A stretch of 64,000 nucleotides of DNA, from positions 14,942,001-15,006,000 of the forward strand of contig NC_043009.1 in NCBI RefSeq assembly GCF_006345805.1, given 5' to 3'. The stretch comes from Octopus sinensis (Eukaryota). Both the position numbers and the translations under genes were made by a program. The notes below the pieces were generated by a model. That model had not been told where the DNA came from. It worked only from the letters and a program-made list of their open reading frames with translations, and made no database searches. The first letter of the stretch is position 1. Every line of letters begins with the position of its first letter. Positions 39,348 through 53,306 of the stretch are shown piece after piece.

Positions 39348-39935
39348 ATTTCTTTATTACCCACAAGAGGCTAAACATAGAGGGGAGAAACAAGGACAGA
39401 CAAACGGATTAAGTCGATTACATCGACCCAGTGCGAAACTGGTACTTTATTTATCGACTCCGAGTGGATGAAAGGCAAAGTCGACCTCGGCGGAATTTGA
39501 AGTCAGAATGTAACGACAGACGAAATACCTATTCCTTTACTACCCACAAGAGGCTAAACACAGAGGAGACAGACAAACGGATTAAGTCGGTTATATCGAC
39601 CCCAGTGCGCAACTGGTACTTATCTAATTGACCCCGAAAGGATGAAAGGCAAAGTCGACCTCGGCGGAATTTGAACTCAGAACGTAGCGGCAGACGAAAT
39701 ACCTATTTCTTTACTACCCACAAGGAGCTAAACACAGAGAGGACAACAAGGATAGACAAACGGATTAAGTCGATTATATCAACCCCAGTGCGTAAATGGT
39801 ACTTATTTAATCGACCCCGAAAGGATGAAAGGCAAAGTCGACCTCGGCGGAATTTGAACTCAGAACGTAGCGGCAGCCGAAATACGGCTACGCATTTCGC
39901 CGGCGTGCTAACGTTTCTGCCAGCTCGCCGCCTTA
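39348..39935 (-). mobile_element. Trimeric SINE, duplicate copy
   Basis: Lies within the second duplication unit. Confidence 0.88.
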
Positions 39936-40227
39936 AACATAGATAAATATAAAGATAGGCAGAAAGAAGATATAGAAAACAAAAACTAAGTAGTAAAATG
40001 TTTCTTTCTTGTTACAACAATATATAATGTATAAAACTTTCTCTGCTAACCCTTTATATTTCTCTTTCCCTCACTTTGCCCTCTACCTCCAACTTCAAGA
40101 AACTTTTTAACCATGTCCCTCCCCTCTACACATCGATATCATTTCTCTCTCCTTTTCTTCCCCTCCCACTTCCACTAACCATATGGCAGCTTCGTGCATG
40201 GATCAGCAATAACGCCACTACTCCCCT

Positions 40228-40258
<31 letters not shown>

Positions 40259-42944
40259 CACTCTCTCTACTCTCACTCTCCTTTCTCTATCTATCTATCT
40301 ATCTGCCTCTCTCCCTCTCCCTCACTCTCAGGCTCTGCCTTTCTTTAACCTCACTAACAGAACAACAGATGTTTGCCAAACGTTGTATTTCTAACTCTCT
40401 TTCTCCATTTTACTCTCTTCAGCTACCTTTTTAATCACGTTTCATTATTTCAAATATTACGTTTCCCTTACCTAACGTCCATGGATACTTTTCTCCCTTT
40501 TTCTAAGTCCATCTTTCTGTCTCTCCCTCTTTCAGTTTATCCTTCTCTCTCTCATTTTCTCTGTCTCTCTCTCACTTTCTGTCTGTCTGTCTCTCTCCCT
40601 CTCTCTCCGTGTCTCTCTTCAACTAATCTCGTGATAGCGTTACGCATTTCTGCCTCAGTTCATTAAAATATAGCTAACAATAATGGTAACAACAACAACA
40701 GCAACGGCAACAATAACAACAATGACAAAGCAGCGATCATTAAAAGCGAAATGTGGTGAACAGTATGAAATACTGATGGCAGATACCAACCAAAAATATA
40801 TGCTACGACGCAAAACGGCGAGACTGGTGTATTTCAACGATGGCATAGCAGAGAGACATTCTGCATAACTAAAATTCGACAGAATGAAGCAAAAATAAAA
40901 ATAAAAACCAGAAAATTATATGATCCAAACCAAGGCGTCACGTTATTGAAAGGTCTATACAAATATAGAAATATATCCCAATTAGAGTTCTCAGAATTTC
41001 ACTGAGAAAGAGTTAGGAAATGGAAACAATTGGTAAATACAGAATCCCTAACTCTTCCCGCAATCCTCTCCCTAAATCCTATGAGTGATTGATCCATTAT
41101 GATCCAGTGAAATTCTGTCTGACTGGTAAATAATGTAACTTACAACCCAGAAGTGATGAAATTAATAACCCTCATAACTATTGTGCAGCAACATGCCTTG
41201 AGATCATGTCTAAAATATATAAAAAAATGTTTGTATTGATGCGTATGGTTTATGAATTCCGTAACACTGTAGTTTATGATTTCCCTTTGCAGATACTTTC
41301 TTCTTTGCTAGTTCAAGTATAGCAGATGTTGCGCTCGTAATGCTGATGCTGTCTTTGGTGTTGAGGGTGAGGATAATGTTGATAATATTTTATGGTGTAC
41401 TTGCCGAAATTTGTGGACTATTAGTATTTTAATGTATCTCGTTTTCTAGAAAATCCTAGCAATCTCTTTGGAATAATGTGCTTTCTTTATTTGTACATGT
41501 ATATATATTTTACTTGTTTCTGTCCCTAGAATGCGGCCATGCTGGGGCACCCCTTGGGTATATATAAATTATAATGGAGAATGCTGCTTATGAACTGGAA
41601 AAGTTAACTAGAAAGTAATTATTAAGGGATCGACTGTCTGGAAAGTTTTTTTTTATAAATTCATGTTCCAGCAAATTTCCTATAATTTCGATTTTTGAAG
41701 TTTATTGGATCTTTGAACTCCAGTTTTTTACAACTTTAAATATTCGTTGCATTCACAGCGGTGTATACGGAATGTAAAAACATTATTTATTGGATGAAAA
41801 TTATTTAGTACATTGGTATAAATTTTGTAAAAAAAATATTAAGACGTGATTTTCTTGCTATGGCTGTTTGGAACACTATAAAGTTTACAGTAATAACTAT
41901 CGGAGCCGATTTTCTCCATTTTCTTTTTAACTCAAAACAACTATGAGAAGAGCCTTTACGGTAACATTTTTAAAATGTTAGTATTTTCATAGGAAAAGGT
42001 GAACAATTCAACGGCGGTTTTGTTGTCGTTTCTAGCACAACCCAAACCACCCTTCGTCTTTCACTCTTACATGTATTGATGTGTTTTCAATAAGTTTCTC
42101 CCATTAACCATATTTTATGGAATGATGATGCCAAGGTAACACGTGTGGTCCATTGATGGTATATAAGCAACAGAAAAAATTGTAATTTAAATTTTTACCC
42201 CCACCTCAATCGTACGAAACCGTGTGTGTGTTTTAAAAAAGGCATTTTCTAACAGAAAAGTATGCCATTAAAATGTATTATCATTACGTAACTCTTTTAA
42301 AAACTACTGTGGATAAATGCCAACAACGACCTTCTCAAGCTCTCCAGTATTAAAAATTTTACACAGAAACAATCGGGGGCAGGGAGTAGGGCTGCAAAAA
42401 AATCATAATATTCCAAATTGTATATTTTATGGCATATAAATGTAATTATGGGAAGAAAATTATTGATAAACATTGCGGGAGCGAAAAAGAAACGAGGGCG
42501 GTTGTCTTGGGATGCGCTAGAAACAAAAGCAGGGGTATAATGAAAGCAACAACTACGATGCAAGTGAGTACCGTTATACAAAGAAACTGTGTATAGAAGT
42601 TAATGTCTATAGAAAAAAGGCAGGTTAGTGTTGACTTTAATCCATGATATTATTACCTATTAAAGAGGCAAAGCACTATGAAACTTACGATGCTATAATG
42701 AGATACATGAAAAATATTAGGAGCTCGATAGGGGAAATTTTATAAGCAATATTAGTATGCTGTACAAAAATATGTTAATGCTGTATAATAAATGAAATAA
42801 AATAATGTATCTCATTATAGCATCTTAAGTTTCATTAAAATGGTGCCCAAGCATGGTTGCAATCAAGTGACTGAAACAATAAACGATAAAAAAAATTGCT
42901 GCAGTTGTTGTTGCTGCAGAAGCCGTAGTTCTTTTCATCGCCAC

Positions 42945-43200
42945 TGGAACGGCTGATGGATTTAATCTTCGTTTTAAAAGTGTTGTTCCATATACTATTT
43001 AACTATATTCGTCATTCTGGCGTGAAATTTGACACGATCATCTGCATACGACCATATCAGCAAACTGGTGGATGTTTGTACAAGTTCGTTTTCAGTGAAG
43101 GGAAACAGTTTCGCCTCAGTTTTCTCATGATCATATCTATATGGTAACTTGGTCTCATTGCTAGTTAAGCAAAAATATTCGACATGGTAAACGGCTGCAT
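42945..43200 (-). pseudogene. Possible decayed THAP-domain coding relic (transposon-derived)
   Basis: KLFPFTENE, then FTPE, then YGTTLLKRRLNPSAVP in shifting frames. Resembles the THAP FPFP, HF and AVP motif order, but the C2CH ligands are not clearly preserved. Confidence 0.35.
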
Positions 43201-45513
43201 ATAAACCTATCATTAATGAAAATTCTTAGAATGTTACCTATTCCTTCGGCCTATATCTCAGAGTTTGGATTTCATCGTTACTCTTACATAGTTCGCAAGA
43301 AACTTTCCTTGCACTTATCGCAGAAGAGCTCTGTTAGCTTCCGAATGGAAGGGTTAAATTAATGCCCCTTTCAGTAAGTGACTATATTCTACAATATAGC
43401 ATCAGTATTAAATGCACTTACCAAAAGAACCCTTGACGAACATTCGCCTTTTCACCGATAGTATACTCTGCCTTTATTTTGCCACTTCATGGCACGATAT
43501 TCTTGATTTTAATAAAAATGGAGAATCTCTACTGCTTTGCGTTTTACAATATCCTTACAGGTATTGCAATACTTTGAGAATTACAGTTTCACTGGCCATG
43601 GAAAACACCAGGTTCCATATTCTTGTAGTAAACTTGGATTGATCAGTCGTGCTTCACAACACATTAGTATGATACATTTTTATCAATAAATGTATATACA
43701 GATCACGCGTAGGTTGGTGTTATTTTATATTTTGAAATATGTTCCCACGTTTAAAATAGGAATGGTTACTTTAGTAACATTCGCCCGCAAAGAAGCTGAA
43801 TCTGTTGCGAGAAATTGCTGGTCTTTGAAAGTATTCTAAATATTTCAAGTAGATATTTTATCATAAAAGGCTACTTTTGGCTACTTTCATTTTTTATGTC
43901 AGATGACATATAACAACCGAACCTTTTTAAAAAAGAAATATCAGTAAATTTAGAGCCACCATAATCAAATTCATATGCACTCCCCCCTTTGGAATTTTAT
44001 TCTTCAAATATTCTTATAAGCATATTCTCAGTTATATATGTAAACCAAACCTGCAAATTTCCTTTATCGGCAAAAATGTAGCAAGTGCTTCAGGTGTATT
44101 CTGCGATTACATGAACCACCTAAGAATATCATCAAATTGGTTTTCATTGCCTAAAATAGTATTGCAAAATTTGTATGTGGTGTTTTAATATCCGATTATA
44201 AAACTTTATAACTTAGAATATGCTTAGGAAATCCCCCGCATCAGCATTCTGCAGCACCCTTCTCATCGGTCTCCACATTACTGAGGAACATATTTCGTTT
44301 AATAAAAGTTTGGAACAGATTTGTTGTTACATACGAAGTTAGGTTTCATATTCCTAGTTATGCCATAGTCTGTTATTTCCTTAGTTGTTTAAACATGCAT
44401 GTGTATAGCATTCTGTTGATTATTAACTCATGTGCCAATAATCAAATATCAGGTTTCTTTGTAGCGCCTTCACCTAATGGAACGTTATCACGGCTACATT
44501 AAATAAACAGAGTCACTAGTATATATCTAACTATGGGTTTCGTAGATTATTTCATCTTGGTAGGTACGATGAGCTATGGTCAAAAACCTTCTTGACATTC
44601 CACATCATTTTCTAATCCAAATGACGGTATCGCAAGACAGCTCTTTAAGAGAGTGGACTGTGGCATCTCTGTTTACATTTTGCCGAATGAAGTTATTGAT
44701 AATTTCCCATTTTTTAATAATACCCATATAGTTAAATAGAATACAGATATTTTATTTTAGATTTGTTTCGAAACTGAACATTCACTTAATATCTAAGGGT
44801 AGTACAGGTTTCTAATACACGTTCTAGCGTGAACGCAGGCAGCCATATAGAGAGGTAATGCGAGACTCTATTTGTTATCACACGCTTCCATTTTGTTCGT
44901 AAGTCTCGACAACTTATTTCATAGTGATTCTTTATAATCAAACAAAGTATTATGTTTAAAATCTACTTCATGATTTTGGACTCCTTATCATAAAACTGTG
45001 ATAAGTAACGACTTTCAAGTTTTGAATATTTTACATTATTCTATATTAGGTTTATTTTTATGTAGAAGGCATAATAATGATGACTGGTGGTGATGATAAT
45101 AGCATCAATAAACTATACATTAAATTAAACTGTTCTCCATTGTGATTTGTTGCCTTATACATATATATGCGTACTAAAGAATGCGAATAACAATTGCAGT
45201 CAGGGTCCAGCCGTCTCGGAAACCAGAGATTATTCCTGTTACTAGCTTTGGAGTGGTTTCAGCCCGGATGTTATAAATCACAATTATTTCATTAAGCAAT
45301 TCACAGCGTTCAGTGAACTATTTTGACAGGTTCCTTGCTATTTAGATAGCATAGTGAACGTTGTGAGTGTAGCTGTTGTAAGGATTCGCATTGATATTAA
45401 ATGCGTAAGCTATAATCAAGGACGCAAATTTTAATCTATGTATGAATATGTATGTGTGTGGTATGTATGTATATTTGTATGTTTGTGTGTGTGTATGCAT
45501 GTATGTATGTCTA

Positions 45514-46680
45514 TACGGGGTCAACCAAAACTTGTTGAATTTTCGTTGATGGTTTCTGATAACTTGTATTTCCATGTTATATTATTGATGTCATAAACGT
45601 AGCCCAATCACTGCTGAATTGTTTATACACCATTTTCATGTATTCCATTTAAAGATTAATACTTTATTCATTATTATAAAGCTTTGATAATGAGTCGTGA
45701 AAACATTGCATATAGAGCCATTTTACGCTACTTATGGAAAAAAAGAATGAGTTTAAGGACAGCGGCTAAAGTAATTAATGGTGTGAATGTTGAAATTAGC
45801 AGGATATTTTCCAGAACTTATGGCACAAAACTAGTTCTGATGTTTCAAAGAAGACGAAACAAGGACAGTGAGACCTCTAGTGGAAGATAAATCCTCGTTT
45901 CAAATGGCTGGATAGCCACACAGAGGCACTCATACCTTCTCATCTTAACCTGGTCCTTCACGAAGTACCGTCAATGGGTACCTCCGTAAGCTCGTCTTTG
46001 AACAAACACTGAGAAGTTCCTCACGAACTGATAAATGAGCGGCCTCAAGGAAGCCTGGACCATTTGCAAAAGGCTGCTGGGAAACACACGAGATGCCCGT
46101 TTTTCGTGTCGAATTATAATTCGGGATTAAAATGCACTTCTTATCGTAATACTAGTAAGAGAAATCAGTGACTCTTACAGTCACTGAACCTTTTGTTAAA
46201 CAAGGACTGTTTGAACAAAAGATCATGTTATGTGTTTGCTGGAAATTTGAGGGTGCACTGCACTTAGAGCTTGTCCCAGATGGTCATGCCGAAGACGCTA
46301 ACCTTCATGTCTAACAACTACAGCTTCGAAAATGCACTACCCAGCAGAGCTCTTTCGAAGCCGCACACTTGTACAGACGGACACACTCCCAGCACACACT
46401 AAAAAATTCACCAAGCGCAAACTTGAGGAATTTGAGGAACTGGAAGTGCTGGGTCACCCTGCTTATAGTCCAGTCCTTTCAACAGCAGAACATTATCTTT
46501 TACGATCCATGGAACATTGCCTACACGGACAGAAGTTCAACAATATGAATGAGGTTGGAAACAGAATAGAATTATAATGGTATTTTATCTCTGGCTACCA
46601 TGGCAACAGACAATCGAATATGATGGCATATAGTTTGCTGAATAAATGCTTTTCGCATGTAATTTGATTGAACTTGGTTA
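45514..46680 (+). mobile_element. Decayed mariner transposon
   Basis: N-terminal AYRAILRYLWKK, KIMLCVCWKFEGALHLELVPDGH, LEVLGHPAYSPVLSTAEHYLLRSMEHCL. Left end tatacggggtcaaccaaaac; only a weak right TIR remnant. Confidence 0.88.
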
Positions 46681-46764
46681 AAGCTGGAAATAAGAAAACA
46701 TCATTGGGCTTAATCTGGTTTATATGTGTGTGTGTATATATATATATATAATATATATATATAT

Positions 46765-46821
<57 letters not shown>

Positions 46822-46822
<1 letters not shown>

Positions 46823-47126
46823 GAGGCGCAATGGCCTAGTGGTTAGGGCAGTTGACTCGCCGTCGCAGGATCGCGGTTTCGATTCCCAGACCGGGCGTTG
46901 TGTGTGTTTATTGAGCGAAAACACCTGAAAGCTCCACGAGGCTCCGGCAGGGGGTCGTGATCCCTGATGTACTCTTTCACCACTCTTTCTCCCACTCTTT
47001 TTTCTGTTGGCCTGCTCGCTTAGCCAGTGGGGTGGCGTCATTTGAAGGCTAAAACAATGCGAACGCATTGTGGCCAGCGATTTGTAACAACATCTGATGG
47101 TCTGGTCGGTCCCGTGATCCCGTGAT
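46822..47126 (+). mobile_element. tRNA-derived SINE, second family, full length
   Basis: A box tggcctagtgg, B box ggtttcgattcc, central gtttattgagcgaaaacacc, (TG)n upstream and (TA)n tail. Confidence 0.88.
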
Positions 47127-47299
47127 ATATATATATATATATCCATGGGATATGATCGCACATGTATACATGCATATATTTGAATATATTCGTATATGTA
47201 TACACATATTCTATATAGTTTGTATATATGTGTTTAGATGACTCCAGCCCCATCAAGCAAGTCCATGAAGCAATCAAAGCAAACATTTAGCACTATTTT

Positions 47300-47490
47300 G
47301 GTAGATGATGATGTTGACGGTGACGATGATGATGATGATGATGATGACGATGATGGTGATGATTATGATGATGATTATGATGATGATGATGATGGTGGTG
47401 ATGGTGGTGGTGGTGATGGTGGTGGTGGTGGTGGTGGTGGTGATGATGATGAGGAGGAGGAGGAGGGGGATGTTGATGATGATGATGATA
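47300..47490. repeat. Compound (GAT)n/(GGT)n/(GAG)n microsatellite
   Basis: Directly visible; source of the poly-D/G ORFs. Confidence 0.95.
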
Positions 47491-48430
47491 TGCAGAAATG
47501 AATAACTCTTATAGCCGGATGCGTCAGCCGCCATAACCGTATTCATATAAGCATATCTCAACTTCCCATCCTACATCATTGAGTAAATAATGTTCGAAAT
47601 TTTCGGCCTACATCCATCACAAACGCACAAACTCACATCACATAAAATATAAGCACTGAAATGCATACATAAGTATGTGTGTGGCTGTGGTTGCGCCTGT
47701 GCGCGCGGGTGCACGTGAGTACGTGCATTTATGTGTGTAAATGTGCATTCTTAGGTATATTTGTAAAAAGGCAGAAAATATTTCGAGAGCAAAATTTTGG
47801 AGGGTATATAAGTGTATGCATATCAATGTGAATATGGAATCTTATATTCGAGAGTGGGGGCATTCAAATACTTAGCCGATGTACCGATGTAATAATATTT
47901 TGAATAACCATTATATTCTATTGCATATAACCTAGTCGGACATGTATACATCAAAATTTAACGTCTGCCATTCCATATCACTTTATGTCTATGAGTGCTA
48001 GGAAAAGTAGAGCAAGACGTTCTTCTCATCTATCACAAATGCTAGTTGGATAATATGAAAATATGTTAAGGATCTCTGGTGTTCACCATATACGTTCTGA
48101 CATTTTCGACACACATTGAAACAAACGTGGTTGCAAAGTACAGCATCAACCTGACAGGTCCTTTCAAATCACGAAAATATATTTGCAAAAGTAATAATGT
48201 TTTGAAATATCTGCCAAGCATAGTGATATGTACTGAACGGAAATCGATATCTTTATTACTCAAAGTAGTGCAGAAGAATATGCTCCATATTTTTGCAAAG
48301 GGTTGAGAAAGTCGAATGTTACAATAAAAATATTAACTATAATAATCAGTAGTAGAAAAAGAAGAAACATTTTTAATTGCACATAGAGTCAATAAAAATG
48401 GCCCCACAGATACACACTTCCATAAATGTA

Positions 48431-48467
<37 letters not shown>

Positions 48468-48541
48468 GATATACAATTATATGTGTATATATATACATAT
48501 ATATGCGTATATGTATATATATATATATATATATACATATA

Positions 48542-48584
<43 letters not shown>

Positions 48585-48794
48585 GAGTACAAATCAAGGT
48601 GGAAAAATAGTATTTGAATACCAAAGGTAGAGCAAAATATTGTTTGTTAAAGATACAAAAATATCACATATTTTACTAAGAGTTTCACGTTTCTTTATTC
48701 AGTATTCATCACAACTGTGCGACGAACGGGAACGTGAAACTGTAAGTAATAGTCCTATGATATTTTGCTGCCACACAAGCACAAGCACGCACAC

Positions 48795-48841
<47 letters not shown>

Positions 48842-48860
48842 ATATATATATATATGTCCC

Positions 48861-49158
48861 CAGTGGTTAGGGTAGCGGACTTGCGGTTGGAGGATCGCGG
48901 TTTCGAATCTTAGACAGGGCGTTGTGGGTGTTTATTGAGCGAAAACAGCTAAAAGCTCCACGAGACTCTGGCACGGTGTAGTGGCGACCCCTGTTGAAGT
49001 CTTTTACCGCAACTTCCTCTCACCCTTTCTTCCTGTTTCTTGAGTAACGCTGCGATGGAGTGACGTCCCGTCCAGCTGGGGGGAATACATACGCCAGAGA
49101 AAGCGATAAACCGGGCCCATGGACCTGACTATGCTTGAGAAGGGCGGCGTTTATCCTT
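48861..49158 (+). mobile_element. tRNA-derived SINE with the same head and core as 46822 but a different 3' half
   Basis: Matches through aaagctccacgag, then diverges (gctgcgatggagtgacgtcccgtccagctgg...). Confidence 0.8.
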
Positions 49159-50851
49159 TATATATATATAATAAAAATTATTTGCCAACATAATGTGGCA
49201 GTCCTAATTGAGACGGATGTTACTGTTATTTGGCTCCAGGAAACATCGTCTGCAGCTGGCTATCGACACACGATATGCGTCCTTATATTTTTGAGAAAGA
49301 GTGTTTAATGTCCCGACTCAGCTCTAAACCGATATCTGTGTACCGATTTTTTCTGGCTAATTTCATGCGGTTTCTGCTAGAGATACAAGAGTTGCCAACA
49401 TCAAGATTTTTATTCTAAGCACACCATTTAATTTTGAAATACATCGCATTTAAATCATTAACAAAATTTTTTAAATTCACTATATATTGTCACACAAATA
49501 TATGTAATTACGAACATATGTACAATCAAGGTAACTCACCAAAATACAAATTTACCACGCCATTAAAAAATTAGCAATCTACGGCTTGAAACCCAGACTT
49601 GATGTTAACGAGAATTTATCTGGGTTTTTTTTCATTCTAACGTTACAAACCAAACTCAACTACAAATATAACCGATCCAGTCGTATAAACACCTCACAAT
49701 AAAGATGACAGCGTGTGTTCTGAGTTATAGAACGAGAAGGTTTGAAAAGTTAAAAAGTTAGGAATGCTGGAAATAATTTCCACGAACATTCAAACAAAAA
49801 ACTGAAAGTAATGGTGAAAGAAAAAGGCAAGTTCAAATAGTTTGCTATACTACTGTCAATAAAAAGTATATGTTTTGAGAGAAACGAAGGCCATCACAAA
49901 TGTGCTGACGTAACACCTTTGTAACTTATTAACTTTTCATGCACAAAAGGCAACGGATGACTTCTGAAATGCCATGGAATCAGAAATAGTTGGGTAGAGT
50001 TTCAGACATGTGAACAGCTCAGAAAAAACGTAGTACCAAGTAAACTGTTTTGTTCCTGTTGTATTTTGTCACTGTCGTTCTTACCTTCTTGTTTTATGTA
50101 TTGTGTCACTTTCTCTTACATTCATGCTTCATGGAGTGAAAAACAATATTTGAAATACCTACTATAGCTTCTAATCAGCGGCCACCCTTATGTCGAGCGT
50201 CACCTGTTTTATCCACTTACGCTAAGCCCTAAAAGAGAATCACAATTTAAGGATGTTTGTACTGTGAATCACTAACTGCGATGAAGGAACTCTGATGACA
50301 GAGAAAACGAATGCCTAATCAAAATATTAAACAAATGACTGAGGTATACGCTTGCATTCCTTATATACGTCTTTTTCTACTACATGTGGATGTGTGTGGT
50401 GCAACAGAAGCAATAGTTGTTTGCTTGCTATAGTATCAGAGTGTATTTCTGGTAGATTCGATCAAGCTACAAAAGCACCACTAAGGTTTGCAAACCTACC
50501 GAAGGACTGTCTCACGGATGCGAACATGTAGTCTATTCCCTAGACGTTGGAAACTTGCTACATTGAAAGTAATTAGATGGCTTGCCTATCTACCCAACGT
50601 GGCGGCTATATTTAAAAACCAAGACAATCTGAGGAAATGAGTCTCACCATTCTATGACCATGAAATTCGGACGACGAGAGGCTGCTAAGAATCTCAGGTA
50701 TCCATAAGCCGCCAAGGACTTGGATAAGAAACTCTGCCATATATACCTACTAATGCAAGTCTTTGGTAAGGAGAACCAGAATGAACCACCTGATGGGAAA
50801 AAATTCAATGAATAAAAGGAATAATAACAACAACAACAATAATAATAGTAG

Positions 50852-50885
<34 letters not shown>

Positions 50886-51902
50886 AATAATAATATAATA
50901 ACATACATATATATATATGTATATATATATATGTGTGTGTGTGTGTGTGATGTCAAAAAAGGGAGAGTAAGGTCTGAAATCGAATTTGAGTCCCAAAATC
51001 ATTTCGCTTTAAATAAATCTATATTCTATTTTAGCCTATATGACAGATCTCTGCGAGAGGAATCTATCCATGTTACTTAAATGCTAAAATATTCAGTAGA
51101 AAAAAGTGTTGGTGTAAAAGCGGCATAACAAAAAGAAAACAGAGATGAACGCCTGAAGTCAATTTTGACTCCAAATATTATTCTTATTTCGAAAGAAATC
51201 TATATTCAAATCCGACATTTTTGATATATCTCCTCTGGAAGAATCTGATGATGTCAATTATATATATATATATATAAAAAAATTAATAGAAAACTACTGG
51301 GACTAAATATGCTATAAAAATAATAGCGACTAAAATCAAATTAAAAATCTAAATTTTTTTACCTCATATAATGGAACTCATCAAGACGAACATTGTGATG
51401 ATAATCTTTTCAAATTATACCATTCACACACGGTAGTGAGTGAATGATATTCTGAAGGTCAACATTTACTCACGACCACTTCTAGGCTTTTCCACTATCT
51501 TAGTTTTTAACATGATATTAACATGTTTAGATTGGTCACATCATAAGCTACATTTCAAGCTAAAGTATTTGAAAATTGATTCAGTAGTAAAACCTTTGAG
51601 TCAAATATGTGAGGTCACAAACGAAAGAATAACGCCTGAAATCAACTTCAGAGATATACACGCGACGCTGCATACATACTTTCGTAAATACGTACAGACA
51701 TACACACACACACAAACACACACACACATGCACATAACTTTTAAAACACCCGTGAAGGGAAACAAAGGTAAGTGTGACGAATGCGTAGCTTTAAAGAGAG
51801 TAGGCGCAAGTTGAGAACAATAATGACAAGTGGATTCTTTCCTGTTGTCCGTCATAAATAAACACTCACACACAGACACACAGACACGTACATACATACA
51901 CA

Positions 51903-51983
<81 letters not shown>

Positions 51984-51986
51984 AAG

Positions 51987-52790
51987 CTGCGGTTAGTTTT
52001 TTCTGAATATATTTGTTCTGAACGATCGTACTGACGAAACTAGGGACATTTGAATTATGTAAGGAATTCTTTTGTAAATAGTTGAAACCGATGTATGCGA
52101 TTAATTCTGTTTTTTATATAAATTGTCATCTGTCTTGCCAGCCTAATTTGTTTCTGGTGTTCGCTGAACTTTCCTCTAGAGAACATTATTTGTAGTTTGA
52201 TCGTTGATGATCTATTTCTAGCATACGGCCGACTACCTAGCAGTCTTGCCCTGTCAATATACACATGTATTAGAATTTTCTGATTTTTCAGATTTTTGTA
52301 CGCTAGACTACTGGTTTTAAATTAATATTAATTTATCTCCCTCATTATTTAAATATTGAAATAAATACGTTCTCTAGAAGCCAGCACTAACCGCAGTAAA
52401 TTATTAACTGCAGTTCTTCGCTTCAGGAATTTTTAGCGCGCCAGAACTAAGACATTTGAAATTTATTCCGAATGTAATCGGTAAAACTAAACACGTGTCT
52501 GTTTTGGCACAGAAAGCTGGGGTTAGTTTTTTCAAATTACATTTGTTCTGAACGATCGTACTGACGAAACTACGGACATTTGAATTATGTAAGTAATTCT
52601 TTTGTAAATAGTTGAAACCGATGTATGCGATTAATTCTGTTTTTTATATAAATTTTCATCTGTCTTGCCCACCAAATATGTTTCTGGTGTTCGCTGAATT
52701 TTCCTCTAGAGAACATTCTTTGTAATTTGATTTTTGATTATCTATTTCTAGCATACGGCCGACTACCTAGCGGTCTTGCCCTGTCAATAT
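51987..52790. repeat. ~275 bp direct repeat pair (51987-52262, 52517-52790); first copy lies within 11 bp inverted ends
   Basis: Shared tttgttctgaacgatcgtactgacgaaacta...gtcttgccctgtcaatatacac; ctgcggttagt (51987) versus actaaccgcag (52386-52396). Confidence 0.8.
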
Positions 52791-52868
<78 letters not shown>

Positions 52869-52878
52869 ATAATTTTTC

Positions 52879-52977
52879 CGTAATGAGATAAAAAACCAAG
52901 GCTGTGTAGTTATTAGAACATTTATAGATAGAAGGTCTTCTAATATCTACACAGCCTTGGCTTTCTATCTCATTACG
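52879..52977. other. Isolated 40 bp-arm hairpin with 19 nt loop
   Basis: cgtaatgagataaaaaaccaaggctgtgtagttattagaa versus ttctaatatctacacagccttggctttctatctcattacg; 3 mismatches. Confidence 0.85.
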
Positions 52978-53174
52978 CAAAAACTTCTTATTCGCACTCG
53001 CTGACATAGAACCAAAGTTGAACCCCTTATTCGCAAAATTTCCGAGCCTGGGACTTAACTATGGTCTGTCTATTGCACTTATTCAGCATTACCTGACACA
53101 TTTGGGTCTCAATGACACCATTACCTCTTATAACCTACACACACACACACACAAACGCACACACACACACACAC

Positions 53175-53213
<39 letters not shown>

Positions 53214-53226
53214 GTATATATATATT

Positions 53227-53306
<80 letters not shown>

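Larger units (their letters stand above)
34042..41885. repeat. Near-identical tandem duplication, 34042-37950 and 37951-41885
   Basis: Both units start ccttgtgttcttaactgattgg and end ggaacactataaagtt. Differences seen are mostly microsatellite and homopolymer lengths. Identical ORFs appear twice in the track. Confidence 0.97.

Noticed and set aside
50625-50675. CTGAGGA...atgagtc/gaccat...GAAATTCGG hammerhead-like string
   Set aside because: No stem I pairing and no usable stem III or cleavage triplet.
52020-52050. ctgacgaaactag as a hammerhead
   Set aside because: CTGACGA and GAAA overlap, leaving no stem II.
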